A DNA stretch of 63,992 bases, filler included, from Stramenopiles sp. TOSAG23-3 (Eukaryota): assembly GCA_900128585.1 (NCBI GenBank). It is 5 parts of 5 records of this genome, joined end to end, with 100 filler letters (N's around TTAATTAATTAA, not from the genome) between each part and the next. Parts side by side here need not be neighbours in the genome. Positions count along the whole stretch, not along the records: positions 1 to 13,094 come from LT642644.1; 4 more parts are not named here. The stretch is one strand, 5' to 3'. Position numbers and translations under genes: made by a program. This document shows positions 1-10,180 of the stretch, in pieces (positions within the stretch are counted from its first letter, which is position 1; every line of letters begins with the position of its first letter). The notes under the pieces are model-generated. The model had not been told where the DNA came from. It saw only the letters and a program-made list of their open reading frames with translations, and searched no databases.

Positions 1-204
1 TTTCTTAAAGAATTCTGGGTAACTCTTACAAAATTAAAAGAAAACAAGACTCCTTTTTTAATTTAAAGTAGTTCATTACTAATATTTAATGAACAAAGAC
101 TTCATTAATAAAGAAATCATTTCATCTCTTTTACTACACTCTCGTCAGTTGGGGAAAAATATTTTATTTTTTTAAAATATGTTTTTCGTATTATGTACAA
201 ATTC

Positions 205-756
205 TTAGTGGTTCGTTCGAAGTTTTCTTTTTACAAGCTTGATTCGTGGATTGTTGTGCTCCTTTTCTTGATGGGACCAGTACGCAGTTTCGGTGTACCC
301 AACCTCATTTTGACATCTTTCACACCAGTACTTCATCGTTCCTGTTGTTTTAAGACCCCTGCCAACGCTCATACCATCGTTATTTCTTGCAGCAGAAGAT
401 GGCGTGTTTTGTGTCGTTCGTATTATTTCTGTTGTATAACATTGCCAGTCCTGCTGCTTGATTCGGTTTATTGCAGCATTCATCGTAGCTGAATTGATTA
501 TATTTGAAATGAAAGATTGCTCTTCGATCCCTTTGAAGTGTTTTTCGAGCGGCAAGAGTGTGCCATATACAAAGCAAGCCCGGTGCTCAAAGGTTTTGTA
601 TCGATCAGTTATCTGCGTTGTGATGTAGTTTTCGATGGCGCTCGTAAATGTTCTGCGGCTGATCTCATCAGTCAAAAATCCCGGTGTTCCGATTAAAGAG
701 TAAATGCCATTTATTCTGTTGTATACTATGCTTTTCCAAATGTCTATATTGTTCAT
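205..756 (-). CDS. Hypothetical protein with C-terminal C2H2-type zinc finger; N-terminus weakly resembles a TFIIS-central-like helical domain
   Basis: 183-aa ATG..TAA ORF; YWCERC-x12-HQEKEH motif; higher GC than flanks. Confidence 0.6.
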   Translation of the reverse strand: MNNIDIWKSIVYNRINGIYSLIGTPGFLTDEISRRTFTSAIENYITTQITDRYKTFEHRACFVYGTLLPLEKHFKGIEEQSFISNIINSATMNAAINRIKQQDWQCYTTEIIRTTQNTPSSAARNNDGMSVGRGLKTTGTMKYWCERCQNEVGYTETAYWSHQEKEHNNPRIKLVKRKLRTNH

Positions 757-1781
757 TTAAAGGTTTAATTCTTTGTTGGCTTTTTTTTTATTTAAATTTA
801 TACAATAAAACAAAAATATATAAAATTGGTTGTTATAAAAAAAGTAGAGTAATTAACAACCACCTTCCTGCACATGATGCGGCGGGGGTCTTCTCTTCTT
901 CATTTCATCATTCTTCTTCTTTTAGTTAAATTTAATTTTAGAGAAGAAGAAGAAGGTTGTTGTGACTGAATAATCTATGCTGTCTCTATATTAATGTAAT
1001 ATATAAAAGACGACATTTCGGCGCCTTCTTCTTTTCTTCTTCTTCTTTTTATTATTTTTTAGCGAAAAAATTTTAATTAAAAAAAAAGAATTTTCTTTTT
1101 CTTTCTTCAATGCTATTTCTATATATACTAATACTAATACTTGGAATATCGCACAAACCATCATTTTTTTAAAATTTTATAAAATAATCTAAAAAAGCTG
1201 TTTGTGTACTTGTATAATATAAAACCTATATAAATTGGTATAGTAAAAATAAAAGAGGTCTCGTGACATAATAAAAAGAGCAATAATTAGATGCTAATTC
1301 CATCTATTTATTTATTATTAATTAATTAAAATATCATCCTAATGGTATGTCAATGTAATATTAATACTCCTTTTCCTTCAAATGAAAAAAGGATTTTCGT
1401 TCTTCTTATCTTTGGATACAAAACATCGTCAACAACATCGCACAGCATAAGATATAAGCAGGGGAACCTGACGACTGAGAAGAAGAAGAAGAAGAAGAAT
1501 GATTATTATCTTCATTTTTTCTAAACTTCTCTCTCGCCTTATTACCTGGTATTAATACCTGTACATCTTCTAACCACCCATTATGGTACAAAAAAACTTC
1601 TTCTTTCTATAATTTATTGTAGAGCAAATAATGTTAATACTAATATAACAGATACCATGCATTGATCGAATACCTTTAATTGTTCGTAATATTCAAGATA
1701 GAGTATTGATGGATTTCTTGCACAGTTGAAAACACTTTGACGCATTTCAGAGTGAATGGTACACCTGGCAATTGTACCACT

Positions 1782-2858
1782 ATGGCTTCGGCAAATGCAA
1801 ACACCCCTGGCAAGCCGCACATAGGGAATGACTCCGACCCCGAGGACAACTACCCTTTGCAACCGCAAGGAAGTGAGGAGAGCTTTCTTTTTGAATTCGA
1901 TCCGAACGAGCCTGTACCTGTTCATGAAGGTGGTACTACTGATGATGATGCATCTGATAGTACTGACACTGACGAAGATTATCTTCAGGAGGAGATTGCG
2001 GAGATTCCTGGTCTGTTATCCAACTTGGAATTGAAAGTGCTTTGTAAAAGCAAGGATCACTACCTCAAAAGTGGGAGTAATTGTTTAATAGTTCGGTCCT
2101 CAAATAGCGCATACAACCTTGAGCTACGGGACGATGGTAAAAAGGTAGTGATGGGAAATGGAGAGTACTTTCTAATAAACAGCAAGACCCATGACAAACT
2201 AACGAAAGACGACCTTGACGAATTGAAACCGAAACTGATGAAAATTCGCGAAGCTGCCAAGAAGAACACGTTTAAATTTAAAACCAAAGGTCCGTACAAT
2301 TGGCTTTTGTATAGGTACGATGCAAATACAGAGTCGTATAACCCTGTTAAAACAGAGAACATTCCGAACGGTATCAAAGTAGAGATTGGTTTAAAAGAAG
2401 ATGAAGGTTCGAAATCTCGAAACATGGATCAATGTCGTGTTGTCTTGAATGTAACATGCCGGAAGACATCTGAAAATGATAAGGAACCGCCTTCTGTCGT
2501 CGAAGAAAAGGGTTATTATCGGGTGAGATCTACGTCGTCAACCTACGATGTTGAACTTCTAGTTGATGGTGTAAAAAACCTCATGAAAAAGGATGAATAT
2601 TACCTGGTAAAAGATGAAACGCAGCCCATTGAAGAGAAGTATTTCGAAAAATCGTACAAGCATGTGCGAATCAAGAATCAGGGTAAGCGAAACTCGGCCC
2701 AGCTAAACACTCTTGGCAATTACTTTTTGTACAAGTATGTAAAAGAGAAGAAAGTGTACGAACCTGTTAAAATTGAAAATGTACCGAAAGGGGTTAAAGT
2801 CGAGAGCAAAGACTCGCATAAGCCTCAAGAGGAACCCGGGTATTGTACAGTATTTTGA
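1782..2858 (+). CDS. Hypothetical protein with acidic N-terminus and two tandem ~105-aa repeats
   Basis: Long ORF, first ATG at 1782; internal repeat VRSSNSAYNLEL..DG..EYFL..YNPVKTENIPNGIKVE vs VRSTSSTYDVEL..DG..EYYL..YEPVKIENVPKGVKVE. Confidence 0.75.
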   Translation: MASANANTPGKPHIGNDSDPEDNYPLQPQGSEESFLFEFDPNEPVPVHEGGTTDDDASDSTDTDEDYLQEEIAEIPGLLSNLELKVLCKSKDHYLKSGSNCLIVRSSNSAYNLELRDDGKKVVMGNGEYFLINSKTHDKLTKDDLDELKPKLMKIREAAKKNTFKFKTKGPYNWLLYRYDANTESYNPVKTENIPNGIKVEIGLKEDEGSKSRNMDQCRVVLNVTCRKTSENDKEPPSVVEEKGYYRVRSTSSTYDVELLVDGVKNLMKKDEYYLVKDETQPIEEKYFEKSYKHVRIKNQGKRNSAQLNTLGNYFLYKYVKEKKVYEPVKIENVPKGVKVESKDSHKPQEEPGYCTVF

Positions 2859-2950
2859 AGAGTAACAAGTATTTTATATTTTTATATTTTTTTAAAATAA
2901 ATATGCTATTTATATTTTGGTGCAAACATACACATCACTATCTCGCGAAA

Positions 2951-3835
2951 TCACCGCAAGGAAAAGGTACTGGCTATCCAATGACGGTCATCGTCAGAGA
3001 GATGCGTGTCCTGTCGGTCGGACAAAAAGCCCAGCTGGAGACAGTTGGTTGGTTCCAGAGAACTCATTCTACTTTCCATTCCACCGCTGGAGAACTCAAG
3101 AAGCATCGTACCGTCATCGCTGCAGTCGTCAATTAGAGGAAGCGTTAATCCGAGCAACTCCATCGTCTCTGGTTGGACGGCTACTTTACCACCTTGCATT
3201 TTAGCGACATCCAACTCGGAAATTTTTTTCTTGCAGAACGGCTCTAAAACGTTTTGAACATCATCGTTGCCTTCTGCAATCCCTTGTTTCAACGTCTTGA
3301 ACAAGGCATCCCGCACGGTCTCGTTATTTTCGTTTCTAACTTTGTCCCACCCAGGTTTGCTTGCCACCTTCTTTTGGCTGTGAAAGCTGGCAATTTCCTT
3401 TGTAAAGCCACTTAGCGATCCAAACTTGTGTAGCTCGCTGTCGTCTGTTTTTTCAACACTCGGAGATTTGCGTTTCCTGCCACATTCTTTCAGGTGGGCG
3501 ACCAAATTTTCGTCCCTCCTCCTTGGACTTTCAGGCTCTCCCCTTTTGTTAATCGTTGACACATTACCAGTAGGAACAGTGAACCCACCTTCGGTGAAGT
3601 ACAACCAGTACTTTTTGTGCCGTCCGTTCCCAAGACGCATTCTAAAGTAATAGCTCTCTTCATTGGGCGTTAAAAACCCCGCCTTAACTGCTAGTGTTAT
3701 TGGCTGCCTCCCTTTTTTGGTCTCTTCCCTCGTTACTCTGCGCGCTGCACTCGTTGCTTTCCTGCCATTTGTCTTTGGCCCCCGCCTCTTGCGGCCCCGC
3801 TTGGCAAGATTACTGCCCTGGTTCATTTTAACCAT
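2951..3835 (-). CDS. RAMA-domain-like DNA-binding protein with basic N-terminus
   Basis: First ATG 3835; AVKAGFLTP...FGSLSGF...PGWDKVR matches the pattern of the RAMA (MPND-type) domain; NLS-like KRGRKRR. Confidence 0.6.
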   Translation of the reverse strand: MVKMNQGSNLAKRGRKRRGPKTNGRKATSAARRVTREETKKGRQPITLAVKAGFLTPNEESYYFRMRLGNGRHKKYWLYFTEGGFTVPTGNVSTINKRGEPESPRRRDENLVAHLKECGRKRKSPSVEKTDDSELHKFGSLSGFTKEIASFHSQKKVASKPGWDKVRNENNETVRDALFKTLKQGIAEGNDDVQNVLEPFCKKKISELDVAKMQGGKVAVQPETMELLGLTLPLIDDCSDDGTMLLEFSSGGMESRMSSLEPTNCLQLGFLSDRQDTHLSDDDRHWIASTFSLR

Positions 3836-4739
3836 GGTAGATTTCTTAAGTTGAATTAAAATAGTGTGAACGAAGTAATTGACCAACTATGCAATTCGTA
3901 GTAAAGATTGTTTTTCTTTTTAAAACCTTTCTGTTGTTTGATTAAAATTACAAACAATTCTTTTTGTGATTGGTACGATATTAATTTATTATGCAAAAGA
4001 AAGTAATACTTGTATTCGATTTACGATGACTCATTATTTATAGACGAAGAATAGAGGTAGCATTATATTGTCGAAATAAAATAATAATAATTAAAAAATT
4101 CTTCTTCTTCTTCCATTTTTGATGATGGTGCTGTGGTTATGTATTTGTGCGTGTTTTTCTGGTAGCGAAGATTGAAGCTGACAAAACAACCGAATAAAAA
4201 GAATTTCAATTTTATATAACATATGCACAGCATTAAAAATTCTTGTTTAATTTATTACCCAAAAGATTTTAAAAAATAGAAAAGAAAGCAAATCAATAAA
4301 ATCCCAAATAAAAGACCAAACTCATTAAATCTGTAACCAGAATTTTCGGTCTTGAAGTCTTGAAAATTGAACTTGAGACAAAAAGAAAAATGAAACCAAA
4401 TATTATTTAAGATAAACACAGCATTTAATTATGGAAATTGATTTTGGCAAAAAAAATAGGAGGAAAGTATTAGGTATACACAGCATAGAAAATAGAAAAT
4501 AGGAAGAAAAAAATGAAGCAAGAAGAAGAAGAAGATTAAAATGCATCAGAGGAGGGGGGAGGACGTTATGTATCCTCGTACGATCGAATTAGCTAATTCA
4601 ATGCACATTGAAAGTACACAAACATTTTGAACAAATCAATTTCGTGGAAGAATACATAGTCTCATGCAAAGAGAGAAATAAATTGTTAAAACGTTAAATT
4701 ACTTTGAATTGTTAACATCTAAAAGAAAGTCAACAGAAT

Positions 4740-6731
4740 ATGTTTGCGACTGTACAGGAACGTACCAAAAGTGAACACGGTGATATGGAAGACGCGAAGA
4801 CCATGCGCGACGTCCACCAGCAGTTGAACCAGCTTGGGGGAATGTTGATTAAATTACAAGTGCGTATGGAGAAGATGAAGCCGATCGAAGAAGATTTTTT
4901 TCCAGCTGCGGACAATGAGGTTGATTTTATGAACGATGTTAACGAGCCCGAGCGCTCCCAGAGCGGGATGGAATACGGTTCCTCTGACGTGTCTGCGGAG
5001 CAGGCAACGCCCGAGGAAGACGTAGTAGAAACACATCAGCAAAAGGCGTCCCTCTTCGTCGGCAAGTACACCACTGACTTGGTCAAAAAAGAAAGCAAAA
5101 TTCATGGGAAATGTACCACGACCTTGTTCAAAATATTTCAAAGCGACGATAACACGACCATGGAATGCATTTACACTGGGAAAAGCCTCTTTCCAACGAA
5201 AATGGATGGGGAAATAGTGGACAGTGAAACTAATAAAAAGGAGCTCGTCGAGAAAAACACCGAGTTCCGATTCAAAAAGAGGGAAGGCACTCCCAACGAG
5301 TTTGTAGTCACCGGGCACGGACGAGACGGTTCCGGAGCATTTCGCATCAAAGGTTTAATGGTGTTTGACAGAGACACATGCCGTAGTGATATCGTTTTTC
5401 TTAAAATATACCAGCCAGAAGACCAGCGCAACGCAATAAACGAACAGAAGCTCCGGAGGGATTTAAGGAAGGAAAAAAGACAATTATTAAAAGATTGCGC
5501 GGGGACCCCGGAATGGTCAGTTCAGAATTCAATTGGGATTGTACGCTCGAAACTTCGTGCACTCGATAATGGAATAAAAATATGCTGGAAACCTGATGAT
5601 GTAGCACAATTATCTCATGACTTTCATCAGTTGGGTTCAAGCATCGCGGAGTCCATGTGGGGGAAAATTGAAGGCCACCTATTTCAAGATTATTGTAACA
5701 TCAGCACTCTGGATCATTTTGCGGGGGAGCTCAAGGAGGTGGATGATCTTTGGGCTCTTGGCGAGCTTGACGTCTACATTAAGGCCATGAGCGCGATGGT
5801 CGCTGGAGGGGAAAACCTATACTGGTCGAACGAAGACAAAGCGCGTCTTTTCCGAGATCTCGATCACTTTGTTCCAGCGAATCAACAATTTGAGGCGCAA
5901 GACATCCTGTCGACGTTCAACCCTCATCTTCGGGAAACTATCGGGAGGGGGCCTCTTGAGCAATATTCAATTGTAGGTCTGCACGAGCTTGAGAAGTTCG
6001 TGGAAACAGTAAAAGAGCTTGCCAAAGTCCTTGAAATCAGGAAGAGTACCATGTGCGCGCATTGCCATGAACCTCTTTCGTGCAAGACAAGTGCGGTCCC
6101 CGTCTGCAGCACTGTAGGGTGCGTGCCTTGCAGAATGCACGAAGAATGCTGGGTAGTATCCAAAGATTGGGGCAGAGGTTCTAATTGTCTGAACTGCATG
6201 CGGGGAACGATTCACAGGAGCAGGACAAGAGGATTATCGTGCCGTCAAGAAGCAACACAGGAACGGGCACCGCTGCAAAATTCAGGCACAAAGTGCACCA
6301 TGCTAGGGCTGTTGAACAAACTGAACGATTCCGTGTCTGACGTTTCATTGAAGCGGCGCGTGATGAGCCTCACCAGTGCCGTTGATAAAACGGCGGGCGA
6401 AATTATCCACTCCCGTTGGGGAAAGACGTCCGTGTTTGATCATTCGCTGTTTAAACCAGGCCACGAGTGCCCTTCAACTGTAGCAAAAAGCACTAAGAAG
6501 AGAAAGCGTCCCGCAGACTGTGCTCCGACAAAGAAAAAGAGGGGGAAACTTGAGTTTTCCACCACAGCACCTCGAATAGGACCACAATACCAGGCGTGTA
6601 TACCTCCGTACCAAGGGCCCGTAACCGCACCACCGAGTCTTGAGTGCACCAGGATTTTCACCCCTCCATTTGAAGCAACTCTGGAAAAAGACGGTCTTGA
6701 ATTCTTGGGGTCGCGGAAAATAAAACTGTAA
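4740..6731 (+). CDS. Multidomain chromatin-associated protein: ET/NET-like domain, C4HC3-type (PHD/RINGv-like) zinc finger, ELM2-like motif
   Basis: 663-aa ORF; WSNEDKARLFRDL...LHELEKFV (ET-like); CAHC..C..C..H..C..CLNC; PRIGPQYQACIP (ELM2 N-terminal signature). Confidence 0.65.
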   Translation: MFATVQERTKSEHGDMEDAKTMRDVHQQLNQLGGMLIKLQVRMEKMKPIEEDFFPAADNEVDFMNDVNEPERSQSGMEYGSSDVSAEQATPEEDVVETHQQKASLFVGKYTTDLVKKESKIHGKCTTTLFKIFQSDDNTTMECIYTGKSLFPTKMDGEIVDSETNKKELVEKNTEFRFKKREGTPNEFVVTGHGRDGSGAFRIKGLMVFDRDTCRSDIVFLKIYQPEDQRNAINEQKLRRDLRKEKRQLLKDCAGTPEWSVQNSIGIVRSKLRALDNGIKICWKPDDVAQLSHDFHQLGSSIAESMWGKIEGHLFQDYCNISTLDHFAGELKEVDDLWALGELDVYIKAMSAMVAGGENLYWSNEDKARLFRDLDHFVPANQQFEAQDILSTFNPHLRETIGRGPLEQYSIVGLHELEKFVETVKELAKVLEIRKSTMCAHCHEPLSCKTSAVPVCSTVGCVPCRMHEECWVVSKDWGRGSNCLNCMRGTIHRSRTRGLSCRQEATQERAPLQNSGTKCTMLGLLNKLNDSVSDVSLKRRVMSLTSAVDKTAGEIIHSRWGKTSVFDHSLFKPGHECPSTVAKSTKKRKRPADCAPTKKKRGKLEFSTTAPRIGPQYQACIPPYQGPVTAPPSLECTRIFTPPFEATLEKDGLEFLGSRKIKL

Positions 6732-6775
6732 ACAATCTTATAAGTAATTTATAAATCATGAATTTAATTACTTAA

Positions 6776-6798
6776 ATAACAGCCAATTTTCTTGTTTT
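6776..6798 (-). promoter_or_regulatory. Conserved gene-3'-associated element AAAACAAGAAAATTGGCTGTTAT, copy 1
   Basis: Identical to copies at 21084, 28309 and 62328; lies between convergent genes. Confidence 0.6.
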
Positions 6799-7068
6799 TT
6801 TAAATCATGAAAAGAGTATCATCCTACGTAGTATAACACAATCGGTGAAATGTTGGTTAATATATATATATTGAACCTAAAAAAAATAGGAATTTTCAGT
6901 ACAGGAGCACACCATTAGGGTGATTTTTAACTAATACATAGAAATAGCATCATGTGTTTTTTTATTCACAAAAAATGGTTTAGTTTATTTTCACTATACC
7001 AATTTATATAGGCTAATATTACAAGTACAAAAAACATTGAATTTTGTAGTTTAAGAAATAGTATTGCC

Positions 7069-7107
7069 GGAAAGAGCTGAAGAACAGCGAGGTGAAGCCC
7101 TATACGG
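7069..7107 (-). repeat. 39-nt duplicate of the signal-peptide-coding segment (8207-8245) of the adjacent gene
   Basis: ggaaagagctgaagaacagcgaggtgaagccctatacgg matches 8207-8245 with 2 mismatches. Confidence 0.8.
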
Positions 7108-7224
7108 CCAGAATATTAATTGTAATGTTAGGAGATCTTCTACATGAACACGAAAGATTACATCTAACATTAAAAAAACGAATTATATAGTATGTTTTAA
7201 GACTCTCAATCTAACAAATTGCCA

Positions 7225-8265
7225 CTAATTAGCGACGGTATTGCACCTCCATTCACCGACCGTATCTTCTGCTTCATTACAGTAGTCACCATGAGGATGG
7301 CCTACACAATCTTCATTGCGCCAACAATCTCCAACACATCTGGCTTGTGCATCTTCGGTGGCTTTTTCACACCTTTGTGAGGCGCAACCATTTAATCCTG
7401 TATGTTCTAGACACTGATTGCTCCTATAGCACCTTATTGCTATGGGATAATCAGCCTCATTAGAATTATCCCATACATAATCCCTTTGGGGGTCAGGGTT
7501 GTTTTCCCAGTCTATTGCAAAATGTTTAAACACCATTCTTTGGTTCCAAATTTCCCAGTTATTGCCGTCGAAGGTACTGTGGAATGTAGTGTGAAAGGAG
7601 TTCTCGGGGTCCGCCCCCGGTCGCGGAATGGCGTCGATATGGGTGTAATCCCCCCAAGTGCCGTCGACACACACCTCGTCGTGTATTTTTTTATCTTCGC
7701 ATTTGTTGTTTTTGTTGCATACTTGTGGTCTTCGCAGCTCAGCTGGTTCGCCTTGTCCTGCAGGACAATGACTCTGTTCGGTACAATAACCATTACGATT
7801 CGACTCAACATATTGACCTCTTGGAGGACCCCACGTACATACTAGTTTAGATGCAGCTGTGCCAAGATCTCCACAATTATCAAAATCGTCCCCATAACAT
7901 TTAAACTGTTCTCCCGAATAAGAAGGGCTTGCACAGGGTTGAAGTGCCACTTTAGATACTTTAGTGCAATTATTGTGGACATGGTCACAATAGAACCCCT
8001 CCGGACAATCAGCATTGTGAAAGTAACCGTTACTTTGAAAGAATTCTCCTAAACCAGTTCCGCAGGAGTTTGCGCACTCATGATGAAACCACTTGTATGC
8101 ACTACTATCGTTTGAGAAATAGTGGTTCCAGTTGTTATAGTATGTCCAATTCGCGATGGTAGGCTCAGTAAGTTGGTCGCAAGGGTCGGAGGAGTACGTG
8201 GGCGTTGGAAAGAGCTGAAGAACAGCGAGGAGAAGCCCTAGACGGAGTTTGTTCCTTGAAAGCAT
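7225..8265 (-). CDS. Secreted cysteine-rich protein with repeated small disulfide modules
   Basis: ATG 8265; hydrophobic signal LRLGLLLAVLQLFP; many Cys in repeated C-x5-C-x4..6-C clusters. Confidence 0.75.
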   Translation of the reverse strand: MLSRNKLRLGLLLAVLQLFPTPTYSSDPCDQLTEPTIANWTYYNNWNHYFSNDSSAYKWFHHECANSCGTGLGEFFQSNGYFHNADCPEGFYCDHVHNNCTKVSKVALQPCASPSYSGEQFKCYGDDFDNCGDLGTAASKLVCTWGPPRGQYVESNRNGYCTEQSHCPAGQGEPAELRRPQVCNKNNKCEDKKIHDEVCVDGTWGDYTHIDAIPRPGADPENSFHTTFHSTFDGNNWEIWNQRMVFKHFAIDWENNPDPQRDYVWDNSNEADYPIAIRCYRSNQCLEHTGLNGCASQRCEKATEDAQARCVGDCWRNEDCVGHPHGDYCNEAEDTVGEWRCNTVAN

Positions 8266-8468
8266 TTTGTATTGTAACAGTTGTAAGCTTCTACTTTGCA
8301 AACCTGTAAGACACTAATGCTTACAGATGATAAAAGTCGTCTATACGACTATGTTTTAACTGTACGATGTTTCTTAACTTTCATCGACGACTCGACAGAA
8401 AAAGAGGGAAGAGAGAGATTTTGATATTAGACGCAAAATCACCAAGTTAATATCAGAATCTAGGCTCT

Positions 8469-8845
8469 AAAACGCCTAGATATGAATAAATGATGCAACG
8501 ATACGACATAACTATATGAGATAATAGTACATAATAAAAGTATACAATTAACCAAAGTAAAATGCCTATGAATAAATGATGCAACGATACGACATTACTA
8601 TATGATATATTAGTACATAATAAAAGTATACAATTATCCAAAGTAGAAGTACATGTCCAAAGGATTGTATCGTTCCGCTACCTTCTTCAAGTGGCCACTA
8701 ACTCGAAGGTCAATTAAACGACTAAAATGCCTATGAATAAATGATACAACGATACGACACAACTATATGATATAATAGCACATTAAAAGACTATACAATC
8801 ATCCAACGAAGAAGTATATATCCAAAAGATTGTGTCTTTCCGCTG
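8469..8845. repeat. Three degenerate direct repeats of ~86-120 nt
   Basis: tatgaataaatgat(g/a)caacgatacgaca..actatatga... units begin near 8469, 8559 and 8724. Confidence 0.85.
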
Positions 8846-9475
8846 ATTTCTATTTTAATCGTATGTTATTTAAACAATTGCGATGACTCCTCTACGTTAA
8901 AATGACCTATCAAGGAAGGAAATGCATTTTATAGCGTCGTAATTGAAATCATGAGTGAATTGAATAGTACTGTATCCATATACATAAATCATAATTGATG
9001 TTGGAAATTAAAAGGAACACACCATCATTTTAGTTTCAGCTCCATTCATTTGCTCACCCAAATTTGATTGTGCTTAGTCTATATTCTTATTCCTCGAATT
9101 GAGAATTTTATTACATCACACTGCACTAAATTAGATACTGTGTATATACTATATACGTTGTGATATGACGAAGATTAAGAGATGTTTTTGACTGTAATAT
9201 ATTCTTATTACTCATATAGACTACATACCCTGGTAAAATGTAACGTCTGAAACGTCGATTCAAATATTAATGTTAGTAAATACAGTTAAAATACAACCTG
9301 CAATACGTAGAGTATTGAATAGACTAATTAATTAATTAGTCGGTCTAGCTAAAATATTTTCATCTACATAAATGGAATACGAGGACAACAAGTAAAAATG
9401 GTAGGTATTTCATAGGAGAGTCAATGTGATAGTATAGTCTTTCCTGTACTAGAGCAGTGTTCTTATTGACAGCAA

Positions 9476-9884
9476 GAAATGTTTTTTTGCCCTCCCTATT
9501 GGACGCTAGCAACATGCAATAGGCTTGGATTAAAAAAAACATTTCGTGCTCGGGAGTTCTCAGCCGACGAAATGTTTTTTTTTTGCCCTCCCTATTGCAC
9601 GCTAGCAACATGCAATAGGCCTGGATTGAAAAAAAAAATTCGTGCCCGGAAGCGCTCGGCCGACGAAATGTTTTTTTCTCGCCCTCCCTGTCGCACGCTA
9701 GCAACATGCAATAGGCCTGGATTGAAAAAAAAATTTCGTGCTCGGAAGCTCTCAGCCGACGAAATATTTTTTTGTTGCCCTCCCTGTCGCACGCTAGCAA
9801 CGTGCAATAGGTAGGGCTAAAAACAAACCCAGCCTATTGCATGTTGCTAGCGTGCAATAGGGAGGGCAAAAAAAAAACATTTCG
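9476..9884. repeat. Tandem array of 93-96-nt palindrome-containing units (3.5 copies) followed by an inverted half unit
   Basis: Units start at 9476, 9569, 9665, 9761; core cct(att/gtc)gcacgctagcaacatgcaatagg; reverse-complement copy at 9833-9884. Confidence 0.9.
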
Positions 9885-10180
9885 TGCTCGTTCTATTTAC
9901 TATGAGTTTCATAGTGAAGTGTGGTAATTTATAAAATTCGACTTTTTATTTCTATTTACTATAGGAGTTCAATACTTACTTCATAGTGAAGTGTGGTAAT
10001 TAACAACACATTAGCATTTATTTTGCTTTTCGTTTAATTTTTATTTTTTAGAAAAATTCAAACACGACGAGGTTTAAGAAATACGAAGTAGGATTTTAAT
10101 GAAACGGTTTTATTTAAAGCGCACCTAACAGTGCTAGTTTTTTAACTATTGAGATTATATTATTATTTTCGCAAAATAAA

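Noticed and set aside
6776-6798. 21-nt element as a relict dinoflagellate-type spliced leader (shares AGCCA-TTTT)
   Set aside because: Similarity is short, it does not end in AG, and copies lie at 3' ends rather than upstream of starts.
9360-9814. ORFs of 146, 111 and 71 aa
   Set aside because: Translations of the tandem repeat; variable homopolymer lengths and no coding signature.
9476-9884. CRISPR array
   Set aside because: Inter-palindrome segments are themselves near-identical rather than unique spacers; no cas genes; eukaryotic context.
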